A stretch of DNA of 64,000 bases from positions 852 to 64,851 of IMG/VR virus record IMGVR_UViG_3300046689_000570; one strand, given 5' to 3'. Shown one piece after another: positions 26,858-35,089 of this stretch (positions within the stretch are counted from its first letter, which is position 1; every line of letters begins with the position of its first letter). The stretch comes from a virus (taxonomy: Duplodnaviria > Caudoviricetes). Below the pieces are notes generated by a model. It ran no database searches. It was not told the origin of the DNA and was given only the letters and a program-made list of their open reading frames with translations. Position numbers and translations under genes: made by a program.

Positions 26858-27304
26858 TCATGCGCGGCTATCGTCCCGTCCCGCAAGTTCACCCGCACCG
26901 GGAGCGGGCTGTTCCCCGCTGCCTCCGCCATCCGTTGCGGGTTGAACACTAGCGAGGATTTGGATGGTGCGGTCTCCAACCGCGTTGTAGACGGCAATGA
27001 GATCGGAAGCGGACTGACTGGCAACCCAGCGCGGGTCTGAGAACTGGCGGGCAAGGACGGTGACCGCTTCGATGTTGGCATTCAGCAACTCCGCTATTCG
27101 TTGTCCAAGATTCAGCTCTACCGCGTGCCTTGACGTAGCCACGACCGCGTTCCTGCCCTGCGGACTGGCTATCCATCGCCCGACTGTAGTCGCGGCTATT
27201 CCTGTTTCGCGCGAGATCGCGCCCAATGTTGCGCCCGCGGCGTACATGGCAATGGCTTGCGCGCGTTTCGCGTCGTCCACCCGCTTGAATGGCATACCCT
27301 GCAT
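26858..27304 (-). CDS. terS: Terminase small subunit (N-terminal HTH)
   Basis: 148 aa; AIAMYAAG.TL..ISRETGIA..TV.RW HTH; directly upstream of TerL; GGGGAG RBS. Confidence 0.7.
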   Translation of the reverse strand: MQGMPFKRVDDAKRAQAIAMYAAGATLGAISRETGIAATTVGRWIASPQGRNAVVATSRHAVELNLGQRIAELLNANIEAVTVLARQFSDPRWVASQSASDLIAVYNAVGDRTIQILASVQPATDGGGSGEQPAPGAGELAGRDDSRA

Positions 27305-27490
27305 ACTCCCTAAGCGATGGCTTGACTATATCCCACGCGCGTCACGTGCGCGCCCGCGAGCGCGCGGAGGCCGGGCGCATTAGTGCGCATTCGTGCGCAC
27401 CGCGCCCACAAACGCGCGCGATCACGTGTGTCGCGCTCACATAACTGTGCATTCACGCGACATACCGCGCCGCGCTGGCCGTTTTGGGCA

Positions 27491-27527
27491 CAAAAAAACG
27501 CGGGCAGCTCTCGCCACCCGCGTTTTG
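27491..27527 (-). terminator. Rho-independent terminator (likely bidirectional)
   Basis: CGCGGGTGGC-GAGA-GCTGCCCGCG followed by T7 on the minus strand and T4 on the plus strand. Confidence 0.85.
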
Positions 27528-27544
27528 TCGCGTTCTGTCGCGTG

Positions 27545-27766
27545 TTAGCTCCTGGTGACGCTCACTACCGGGTCATGAGTGTAAAACCGAGTGTAACGGT
27601 CACGGATAGCCGCGATGCTGATTCCGCGAGTGTACATCTTGCGTCCACTGCGCAGCAGAACGGTGTAATCGTGCATCATGCTGCGCATGTCAGCGCGGTC
27701 AAGATCGCGGCCGACTAAATCGCGCAAGCGTAGGTCGCCATACTGTGCCAGTTCGTTCGCGGTCAC
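27545..27766 (-). CDS. Hypothetical protein (early leftward operon)
   Basis: 73 aa; GGGAGAAATCAACGTG start context; followed by a terminator. Confidence 0.65.
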   Translation of the reverse strand: MTANELAQYGDLRLRDLVGRDLDRADMRSMMHDYTVLLRSGRKMYTRGISIAAIRDRYTRFYTHDPVVSVTRS

Positions 27767-27831
27767 GTTGATTTCTCCCTGTTTGCATGTCGGGGCGCGG
27801 CAATCACGCCGCGCCCCGCGTTCACGTCTGT

Positions 27832-28722
27832 CTACAGATCGCCGTCGAACTGGCCAAACGGGACCATGTAGCGGTCAATGGCGCTGGCGGCGAGGCCCAC
27901 TTCCGAGAGTAGGGCGCGGTACAGGATTGGGTACTCCGCGGGGTTCTGAACCGAGCGAAGCGCCATCCACGGGGAAGCCGCGACACCGGGCCTGCCCATG
28001 TACCGCTGTGCTACTTCCGAGGGACTGGCCATCCACCGCAGGAACGATTCGTCCGTGGTAATGGCCTCGCGGCCCAGGTAGGTCCGCTCCTGTGCCAACG
28101 CCCGGTCGCGGGCAATCCTACGCAACGGATAGAACGCGTTGCCCGCGCTATCGGTACCGTCCAACGCGTTCCTGACCGTCCCGCGGGACTTCAGTCCGGC
28201 CTGACGTTGAAGCTCGTCCAAGATGTTCGTCGAGTCCGTCTTATTGGCTACCTCGCGGGTAGCCTGTCGTGCACCGCTCACCGCTTGCCCCGCGGCGCTC
28301 GCATAGGTCGCATTCTCGCGGGATTGCGCCAAATGCGCGGCGTTGACCGCGTTTGTGAGCGTTTGCTCCATCGCTTCGATGCGCTTGCTCTGCTGCGAAA
28401 TCAGCAGAGCCAACTGTGCAAACTCGGAACGCGTAACTGGCGCATTTTGCGCGGTTGCCGCGGCGTGCGACGCGTTATGCGTGCGAATGTCGTCCATGTG
28501 CGCGGCAATTTCCTCGGGCGCGATGGCCGGCGCATCCTCGGCGATGTCACGCGCCGCGGCTTCCTTGGCCGCGAGATCCTTTAGCCATACCTTATCCGCG
28601 GCGATGACGCCGTGGTTCACCACGGTGGTCATGGGCGTCATCGCGGGAGCGGCTGCGCGCCGCTTCTCACCGGACTCTACTGCACTGGTACGCTCGGACT
28701 GGACCTTAGCGAAACTGACCAC
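27832..28722 (-). CDS. Hypothetical Ala-rich coiled-coil protein (early leftward operon)
   Basis: 296 aa; AAGGGAGAGATCAACGTG start context. Confidence 0.7.
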   Translation of the reverse strand: MVSFAKVQSERTSAVESGEKRRAAAPAMTPMTTVVNHGVIAADKVWLKDLAAKEAAARDIAEDAPAIAPEEIAAHMDDIRTHNASHAAATAQNAPVTRSEFAQLALLISQQSKRIEAMEQTLTNAVNAAHLAQSRENATYASAAGQAVSGARQATREVANKTDSTNILDELQRQAGLKSRGTVRNALDGTDSAGNAFYPLRRIARDRALAQERTYLGREAITTDESFLRWMASPSEVAQRYMGRPGVAASPWMALRSVQNPAEYPILYRALLSEVGLAASAIDRYMVPFGQFDGDL

Positions 28723-28784
28723 GTTGATCTCTCCCTTACGGTGATCGGGTGGGGGTTCTATGCCCCCACCCGTCTATGTGATGA

Positions 28785-29282
28785 CTAGAACGCGGCGAGA
28801 ATGTCGGCGACGCCGTTGACTGCGGGCGCGGTGGGGACAGTCGCGGTGACCTTGGGCGCCGCGACCTTGGGCGCGGTGGGCGCCTTCGCAACGTGCACCG
28901 GGACGGCCGGCGCGGTGGGCGCGGGCACATCGGTCACCACCCGCTCGGTGTCAACGCCGTACCCTTCGAGAATGGCGTTCAACACGCGGTAGTACCGGAT
29001 GGCTTTGTCGAGGATCTTATCCTCGTCCGTATCCTGGCTACCCGTGCGGGTGACCACCGGGAGAGCGTCGCGCTCACCGTAGGACAGTTCGCGCGGCGTG
29101 CCCATTGTGCCATCCGCGAAAAAATCCACCGCGGTGATCGTAGGGGCGAGGTATTCCTTGGACCCGTCCTTCGACTTGGACGGGGTAAGCCCCGTCATCT
29201 CGTACTGCGTGAAGATGACGGGCCTCGCGGTGGACGTGGGGACTACGTTGGACTGAACCTGGAATGAACGAGTACGGGGCAT
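28785..29282 (-). CDS. Hypothetical protein with an Ala/Pro/Thr C-terminal tail (early leftward operon)
   Basis: ATG at 29282 with AAGGAG RBS, downstream of promoter P1. Confidence 0.7.
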   Translation of the reverse strand: MPRTRSFQVQSNVVPTSTARPVIFTQYEMTGLTPSKSKDGSKEYLAPTITAVDFFADGTMGTPRELSYGERDALPVVTRTGSQDTDEDKILDKAIRYYRVLNAILEGYGVDTERVVTDVPAPTAPAVPVHVAKAPTAPKVAAPKVTATVPTAPAVNGVADILAAF

Positions 29283-29330
29283 CTCGGGACTCCTTCGCGT
29301 TTGCTCGGCGTTTCGTCGGCCGGCAAGCGC

Positions 29331-29360
29331 AGTATCGCATGAATCGCAAAAATCGTGCAA
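29331..29360 (-). promoter_or_regulatory. Sigma70-type promoter P1
   Basis: TTGCAC-N18-GATACT with TG extension; ATTTTTGCGA in the spacer. Confidence 0.65.
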
Positions 29361-29492
29361 ATTTCGCGATGTAGCCTACGTCTCGCAGCGTAGCGTTGTT
29401 CACGTCTACGTCTACGCATAAATCCCTCTCGTCCCATCTCGCGTGCCTGCGCGAGCTGCGGTGCGGCGAGCGCGGCATCCTGAGCCCTATCA

Positions 29493-29602
29493 GCGGTCCA
29501 ACATGGCCAAACGCGCGCATTAAATCCTGCGTGCGCGAGATAGTAACCAGCTCTGCGGTGCGGTGTACTTTGAGCGGCTTCTCTGCGGTCCAACATGGCC
29601 AA
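29493..29602. repeat. Direct repeat GCGGTCCAACATGGCCAA (2 copies; a third near-copy at 41360)
   Basis: Exact 18-mer at 29493-29510 and 29585-29602. Confidence 0.85.
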
Positions 29603-29640
29603 GCCGCACAGTCTTGACACAGGCAATCCGCATCTCTAAC

Positions 29641-29821
29641 GCCCTGTTAGGGACGAAATGCGCTAGGGGGAGAAAATGATGAAGTGGAGATTTTGCTATT
29701 GTTAGGGGTTATGTTTGAGATTAGAAGCATAGGCTGTCACGAGCCGTCATAGCATATCAAAAAAACATAATCTCCACATCATGATTTTCCCTGGCGCATA
29801 AGGGGGAGGGTCTAACAGGGC
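29641..29821. repeat. Long imperfect AT-rich inverted repeat (candidate origin, terminus or structured RNA)
   Basis: Nested pairs GCCCTGTTAG/CTAACAGGGC, ATGCGCTAGGG/CCCTGGCGCAT, GAAAATGATGAAGTGGAGATT/AATCTCCACATCATGATTTTC, TTATGTTT/AAACATAA. Confidence 0.8.
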
Positions 29822-29822
29822 C

Positions 29823-29852
29823 TTGACGCCGGGGGCCGAGTTATGGTACACT
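29823..29852 (+). promoter_or_regulatory. Sigma70-type promoter for the HTH-HNH gene
   Basis: TTGACG-N18-TACACT with TG extension. Confidence 0.65.
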
Positions 29853-29901
29853 CCTGAGCGGCTGCTGATGAGCGCCTTTGCGGCCCAGGTTCACCTGAGG
29901 A

Positions 29902-30918
29902 GTGCTAGTGATAAGAGATAGCAGCTTCATCACGATTGAGATGTTCGCGAGCCGCTGGCGAGTCAGTCCCACAACGGTACTGAGCTGGATCGACGAGGGT
30001 AAGATTAGCGCGCAGATGATCAAACACACGGGACGTAAGCCACAGTGGTACATATCAGCGGAGGTTGCGGATAGCGAACTAGCAGGACAGTTCACAGTCG
30101 TGTGGACAAAGACGGGTCAGCCTACTAAGCTACCAGTACATCCAACAGGAGCGGATACGATGCCTCACATCACCCTGGACCGCCACGACTTCGATGCCCT
30201 GGACAGCCTGTGCCACGCGCTGAATCACGGCTATTCTCCTGCTCCGCACGAGATCGAGCTACTGGAAGCGGTTATCCAGCGGGCCCGCGTCGTAGAGCAA
30301 GACGACCTTCCGCTCAGCAAGCGGATAGAAGGGGGCGTTGACTACTGGATGCACCGCTTCCACAAGTCCATGGACATATACGAGGACACCGAGACGGATC
30401 TTGGTTGTTGGGTGTGGACGGGAGCCTCTCAGGGGGGATCGCGGCCCGTCTACCGTGAGCAGAAAGAGACACGCCCGGTCCGCGCGAAGATGCTAGAGCT
30501 GCACATGAACTACTTCCCCCACCGCAACGCGCGGATCTACGCTCAGTGTCACGTCCAGAACTGCGTGCGCCCCGAGCACCTGCGGGTAGTCGTCCAGGGG
30601 AAGACGGTATGGCCCGAGGAAGGTGCCGCGCCCGAGCGGGTACTGCCGCTGCCAGTGCTCGATCCCACCGCACCGCTCGATGTGGACGCCCTCTTTGCGG
30701 GAGAGCCGGAGGACGATCAGGAGCTACAGATTCTCTGGGATCAGGCGCGTAAGCTCCAGAAACGTGCGAGTCAGAAGCCTTCGACTACCGCAGTAGCAGC
30801 CTATCCCAGTGTGGAGCGTTCTACGGAGGTCACTCCCCTCGATGCACTGGTCTTCATGCTCTCCGAACTCCGAGACTTGAAGCGTAGTCTAGAGCGCATC
30901 GCGGCCCTCCTGGGCTAG
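29902..30918 (+). CDS. Excisionase/MerR-like HTH fused to an HNH-like domain; possible internal start at 30160
   Basis: FASRWRVSPTTVLSWIDEGKISA (HTH_17-like); CWVWTGA...CHVQNCVRPEHL (HNH); GAGGAG RBS. Confidence 0.7.
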   Translation: MLVIRDSSFITIEMFASRWRVSPTTVLSWIDEGKISAQMIKHTGRKPQWYISAEVADSELAGQFTVVWTKTGQPTKLPVHPTGADTMPHITLDRHDFDALDSLCHALNHGYSPAPHEIELLEAVIQRARVVEQDDLPLSKRIEGGVDYWMHRFHKSMDIYEDTETDLGCWVWTGASQGGSRPVYREQKETRPVRAKMLELHMNYFPHRNARIYAQCHVQNCVRPEHLRVVVQGKTVWPEEGAAPERVLPLPVLDPTAPLDVDALFAGEPEDDQELQILWDQARKLQKRASQKPSTTAVAAYPSVERSTEVTPLDALVFMLSELRDLKRSLERIAALLG

Positions 30919-30927
30919 GCGCCCGCC

Positions 30928-30956
30928 TTGAACCCAAACGCAAATTTTGCGAAAAT
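30928..30956 (+). promoter_or_regulatory. Sigma70-type promoter P2
   Basis: CCGCC-TTGAAC-N17-GAAAAT with ATTTTGCGA; homologous to P1, P3 and P4. Confidence 0.55.
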
Positions 30957-31001
30957 TCGGGCTGCCGGCCAGCGAGCCGAGCAAGCACAGGAGAGGTCAA
31001 C

Positions 31002-31199
31002 GTGTTCAAAGCGTCCGATGTTCAGGTGTATTTCATCCCAGGAAGCGGCTGGTACTGGCACATTCACTACGTCTCTAACGGCCCCCACAACACGGCCCAC
31101 GACGCAGTGGTGAGCGGAGCTGGGTACGTCCGTGACCGCAACCAGGCCGACGCCCGCTCCAAGAACTTCCCCACCGTTGCCGAGCGGGGGGTGTGGTGA
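31002..31199 (+). CDS. Hypothetical early protein
   Basis: 65 aa; GGAGAGGTCAACGTG start context. Confidence 0.6.
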   Translation: MFKASDVQVYFIPGSGWYWHIHYVSNGPHNTAHDAVVSGAGYVRDRNQADARSKNFPTVAERGVW

Positions 31200-31573
31200 T
31201 GGACGAGATCATCATGTACATCGCGGAGATCATCAACGAGGATGGTAACGACGAGGAGGTGTTTAGCTCTCAGAAGCTCCAGGAGACGATCCAGTTCGCC
31301 GTCAAGCACGGCTGCCGCGTCGTTGCGGTGACCTACCACGAGTCCGACCGCGAAACGATCTTCGACTACACCCTCCCCGCGGAGCCGGCTGCCCCCCACA
31401 GTTACAAAGTCGGAGTCAAGACCAGTGGAGACCGCGATTGGGTCTACAACGGGCTGCGCTTCGCAACCGAGAAGGCCGCGCTGGACTACGGCCGCGACCT
31501 GAGCTGGCGCTGGACTGCGGTGACGGAGTACGAGGTGCACCCTTCGGAAGATGCGCCTACAGAGGTGAAGTGA
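31199..31573 (+). CDS. Hypothetical early protein
   Basis: TGATG-coupled; NGLRFATEKAALDYG..L..RW motif seen in small phage proteins. Confidence 0.65.
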   Translation: MDEIIMYIAEIINEDGNDEEVFSSQKLQETIQFAVKHGCRVVAVTYHESDRETIFDYTLPAEPAAPHSYKVGVKTSGDRDWVYNGLRFATEKAALDYGRDLSWRWTAVTEYEVHPSEDAPTEVK

Positions 31574-31959
31574 TGGAAGCCTTTCCCCCCGCCCTCCAGT
31601 TTGAGATCAACCAGGGTGCGGAGGCCCTGGACCGCTACTTCGACGGCGACACCCGCAAGTGGCTGTCTCGCATCGTCAAAGAGGAACTGAAACTGTCCAA
31701 TCCCTGCCAGTGTGTGCTCGGCCAGGTGTTTGAGCCGGAGCTAGACGAGGTGCGCCGCTACTACAACGACGAGAGCGGCTACGATCTGGGCCTCGAACTG
31801 CTCAACATCCGCTCCCACGAAGCAGTGAAGTACGGCTTCGACGCGAAGTACAACGCGGATCTCTCTTCTGACCAGGAGTATGCGCAGCTCACCGCAGCCT
31901 GGCTGGCCAAGATCGCGGAGCTGGAAGCGGCGTTGGCTCCAGAAGAAGAGGAGAGCTGA
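31573..31959 (+). CDS. Hypothetical early protein
   Basis: TGATG-coupled; GA..LD...W...CVLGQ pattern of small phage proteins. Confidence 0.65.
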   Translation: MEAFPPALQFEINQGAEALDRYFDGDTRKWLSRIVKEELKLSNPCQCVLGQVFEPELDEVRRYYNDESGYDLGLELLNIRSHEAVKYGFDAKYNADLSSDQEYAQLTAAWLAKIAELEAALAPEEEES

Positions 31960-31960
31960 C

Positions 31961-32173
31961 ATGACCCGCACTTACATCATGAAGCAGTCCGACCTGCTCA
32001 AGTGTCCATTCGTCATCCTGTGGCCCACTCACTACCGGGACGACGGCACCTGCAAGTGCGACGATCCCACTGAGCAGCGCAGGATGGTCCGCGAGTGGGG
32101 CTACACCAAGCGGCAGATCAACGCCGCGCTCAAGGCACAAGGCCGCGCTACTCGTCAGGAGTCGGACGCATGA
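31961..32173 (+). CDS. Small Cys/His-containing hypothetical protein
   Basis: ATG at 31961 with GAGGAG RBS; CP...HYRDDGTCKC. Confidence 0.6.
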   Translation: MTRTYIMKQSDLLKCPFVILWPTHYRDDGTCKCDDPTEQRRMVREWGYTKRQINAALKAQGRATRQESDA

Positions 32174-33120
32174 AGCCACTCACCTTCGACGAGCCCCGCT
32201 ACGCCGACGCCCTGGACCTGCGGGAAGCCGCGATCCGCTGTATGCACGATGGCACCCGCATGGAAGAGCTATACGACATCGACGTGCGGCTCCGCCACAT
32301 GCCCGCCGATCTCGCCATCACCGAGATCAAGGTGCTTCAAACCCTCCTCCCCCGGAGTGAGGTGTTCTACCTCTCGACCACGATCCAGCGGCTGCTCGAT
32401 ACGCCAGCCCGCAACTTCACTGGCGCCTGGACTTTCACCAAAGAGCAGTTCCCCTGCCCTAGCGGCTTCGTCTACATCCAGAATCCTCCAGAGATCGCGG
32501 GTCTCACCGTACCCAAAGAAGAGCGGGTAATCCTCACTCTGGCGGGCTTTAGCTGGAACCTTATCGAGCAGGGAAATAGGTCCGCGATCCTCTTTTCCCT
32601 GTGGTCCCAGAGTCCGGGGGACTATCGGCGCCGCACGATCCGAGGTCTCTTCCCGTCTAACGTGCGGGCTGTGCTCGACGTTCCTACTGGCTGGGAACAG
32701 TACAACATGGACCGCGATCTCGACGGGAACGAGATTTGCTGGGAAGATCAGAGCTACAACAACTACACCGTAGGTTTGATCGTCAGCTTCATGGCCTTCA
32801 CCATGCAGAAGATCATCGAGCCCGAAATCTTCACCCCTGACCGCGCCACTCGGCGCCGCGTGCAGCAGCGCGACCCCGACGCCAAACCCCGCGTGCAGGT
32901 CATTCGCCTGCGCCGCAAGGCAACCCAGCACCAGACCCTCGAAGAGGAGCGGCACCACGTTGAGTGGCAGTGTCAGTGGATGGTGCGGGGACACTGGCGC
33001 ACTTATAGCGGGAAAGGAGGACGCAAGGCACAGACTATCTGGATCAGTCCCTATCTCAAGGGTGACCCTGAGAAGCCGCTGCGTGAAGGCGGCGAGAAAA
33101 TCTTCGCGGTGGTGAGGTGA
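32170..33120 (+). CDS. Conserved phage hypothetical protein with a C-terminal WMVRGHWR...WISPYLKG motif
   Basis: ATGA-coupled start, AGGAG RBS; 316 aa. Confidence 0.7.
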   Translation: MKPLTFDEPRYADALDLREAAIRCMHDGTRMEELYDIDVRLRHMPADLAITEIKVLQTLLPRSEVFYLSTTIQRLLDTPARNFTGAWTFTKEQFPCPSGFVYIQNPPEIAGLTVPKEERVILTLAGFSWNLIEQGNRSAILFSLWSQSPGDYRRRTIRGLFPSNVRAVLDVPTGWEQYNMDRDLDGNEICWEDQSYNNYTVGLIVSFMAFTMQKIIEPEIFTPDRATRRRVQQRDPDAKPRVQVIRLRRKATQHQTLEEERHHVEWQCQWMVRGHWRTYSGKGGRKAQTIWISPYLKGDPEKPLREGGEKIFAVVR

Positions 33121-33428
33121 ACATGAATACGATCGACCGCGCTCCCATGGTGACCACCACCATCCATCGGCCCAACGCTCCATATCTCCGCTACCTCAAG
33201 TGGATGCGGCCCATCGACTCGATCATCTCCGAGATGGAGCAGTTCATTACCTACGATTCCCTACTCCAGGAGTACCGCATCACCACTTCCTGGCAGGGGA
33301 TCAAGCAGTACGAAGGGTGGACGAACCGCACCTTTCAAGATGCCCTGGAGATGGCGGACATCGCCTGGGAAGCGATGAGCGAGCACCGCCAGCGGATGCT
33401 CCAGCAAGTAGAGGAGGTATTGGCGTGA
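33117..33428 (+). CDS. Hypothetical protein
   Basis: GTGA-coupled 103-aa ORF. Confidence 0.55.
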   Translation: MNMNTIDRAPMVTTTIHRPNAPYLRYLKWMRPIDSIISEMEQFITYDSLLQEYRITTSWQGIKQYEGWTNRTFQDALEMADIAWEAMSEHRQRMLQQVEEVLA

Positions 33429-33865
33429 TGAATGCAGAAGGTAGGCCGTTGGATGGGCAGGAGCTAGTGCAAGCGGCCTATGATGCGTTGGCCGCGTTGC
33501 AGGAGATTACCGACCCCGACGCGGGTACGACTGCGGAGAACACTCAGCTTCTCGTAGAGGATGCGGAATCTCGCCTGCGCAGTGCGCTTCAGGTGGATAG
33601 CCAGGACATCGTGACTGAGGAGGGAGCAAAGTTCAGTCCTTGGACTAACGGCTACGCAGTGGGCTACCGCTGCACGAGCCCCACTGGAGAGGTTCAATAC
33701 CTCTACTTCAATCCTAGTGGCAGCACGGATGGCGGCAGTCCTGATGCTTTTGTGTATGTGGGTCCCGCTGGAGACCCTGCCACCGATGAAGCGGAGTGCT
33801 ACGTCTGCCCCTTCCGCTCCTGGCCCGCACGAAAGACTCACGCAGCTACGAAGGTGACAACGTGA
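33428..33865 (+). CDS. Hypothetical protein
   Basis: TGATG-coupled; GAGGAGG RBS. Confidence 0.55.
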   Translation: MNAEGRPLDGQELVQAAYDALAALQEITDPDAGTTAENTQLLVEDAESRLRSALQVDSQDIVTEEGAKFSPWTNGYAVGYRCTSPTGEVQYLYFNPSGSTDGGSPDAFVYVGPAGDPATDEAECYVCPFRSWPARKTHAATKVTT

Positions 33866-34080
33866 AGAAGAAGCTCTTTGCCATGACCCCCGGAGGGGAA
33901 GGCCACAAGCCGCGTGGCAAGAACTACACCATCACCTGGGGAGTCTTCGAGGTACTGGCCGACAAGACGCTGATCCCTGTGCGGCAGGAGAGCGGCTTTC
34001 CCAACGCAAACCAGGCGAAGCAGCGGGCTGAGCTGCTCACCAAGCTCTCCACCCACCAGTACGTTTCTCAGCAGGAATAG
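33862..34080 (+). CDS. Hypothetical protein
   Basis: GTGA-coupled 72-aa ORF. Confidence 0.55.
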   Translation: MKKKLFAMTPGGEGHKPRGKNYTITWGVFEVLADKTLIPVRQESGFPNANQAKQRAELLTKLSTHQYVSQQE

Positions 34081-34122
34081 CGGCCTTCTCCGCTTTATCC
34101 TCATGCAAGACAGGAGACTACG

Positions 34123-34470
34123 ATGGCTAGCCTTGAGAAAACCGCAACCTTCGATCCCCTCGAAGCGGTCCTGGAAGTCCTGACCCTGGTGTCCACTGGT
34201 GCGGACAGCGAGCAGATTCGCCGCGCTCTAGTCCGCACTTTCGCGACCATGACCGACGCCGACGTCGAGCGGTGCTACGGCGAGTCGTGGGATAGCGACC
34301 AGCTCCGCGAAGAGTTCGACGTCGAGTATTTCCTGGCGCCCTTCGCGGTGGCCAGACGCCGCTTGACTGGACAGACGGGCTGCCTGTGCTTCCGCCACCA
34401 GCCTCGCCGCTACTTCAACTGGGACGAGGACGAGACGCTGGCCCGCTTGATCGGCGCGGTGCTGGCATGA
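34123..34470 (+). CDS. Hypothetical protein
   Basis: AGGAG RBS; W...QLREEF.V..FLAPF...G.L.F.H.PR.YF motif. Confidence 0.65.
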   Translation: MASLEKTATFDPLEAVLEVLTLVSTGADSEQIRRALVRTFATMTDADVERCYGESWDSDQLREEFDVEYFLAPFAVARRRLTGQTGCLCFRHQPRRYFNWDEDETLARLIGAVLA

Positions 34471-34619
34471 ATCCCCGCTTCACGGGGCTCTTGATCCTCT
34501 TCGTCATTACCCTGCTGGTGGGGCTGCTCCTCATCAGTACATCGGGGGCCCCGCTCATTGGAGCCCTCTTACTCGTCGAGCTAGGCGGTATGTTCGCCGC
34601 CGCGGGAGATAACTCATGA
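34467..34619 (+). CDS. Small two-helix membrane protein
   Basis: ATGA-coupled; almost entirely hydrophobic, 50 aa. Confidence 0.55.
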   Translation: MNPRFTGLLILFVITLLVGLLLISTSGAPLIGALLLVELGGMFAAAGDNS

Positions 34620-35065
34620 TCGAAGATGGCATCCTGGTTCACTGGAACCACGACTTGAATCGGGGCCTGGCCGCGTTGCTGGCGGAGTGGGGATTAGACC
34701 CCGACGTCACGGACGAAGAGCGGGCCCGACGCCGAGCCCTCAACGAGCAGGCGCACGACGATGCGATGAAGCTGCAAGCGGGTGAGCGGCTCTTCCGATC
34801 TCCCCGCTACGTCTTCACCAGTGCGCTCTTCAACTACCTGATCGAGGACCCCGAGCAGCTTTTGCACACACTCCTGTGCTTCGGCCGCCACCAGCGCGGC
34901 GACTGGGGTGACGTGGACGAGGAGGATCAGGACACCAACAAGCGGGCCCTGCTCGACGGCGATCGCCTGCTCTCCGCGTACACCCTGCCGGGGGGCCGCA
35001 AAATCTGGATCATCACCGAGTGGGACCGTTCGGTCACCACGTTACTATTCCCTGAAGACTACTGA
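34616..35065 (+). CDS. Conserved plasmid/phage-type hypothetical protein
   Basis: RH..GDWGD....D...N..AL..G.RLLSAY......IWIITEWDRSVTTLLFPEDY signature. Confidence 0.75.
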   Translation: MIEDGILVHWNHDLNRGLAALLAEWGLDPDVTDEERARRRALNEQAHDDAMKLQAGERLFRSPRYVFTSALFNYLIEDPEQLLHTLLCFGRHQRGDWGDVDEEDQDTNKRALLDGDRLLSAYTLPGGRKIWIITEWDRSVTTLLFPEDY

Positions 35066-35089
35066 CCCGAAGCCAGGAGAGAAAACGAC

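Noticed and set aside
115-27383. Many long plus-strand ORFs over the structural arm (e.g. 5747..6976, 7136..8191, 10580..12352) and minus-strand ORFs over the replication arm
   Set aside because: Antisense shadows of high-GC genes: Arg/His/Leu-rich, no motifs or RBS, and fully overlapping better-supported genes
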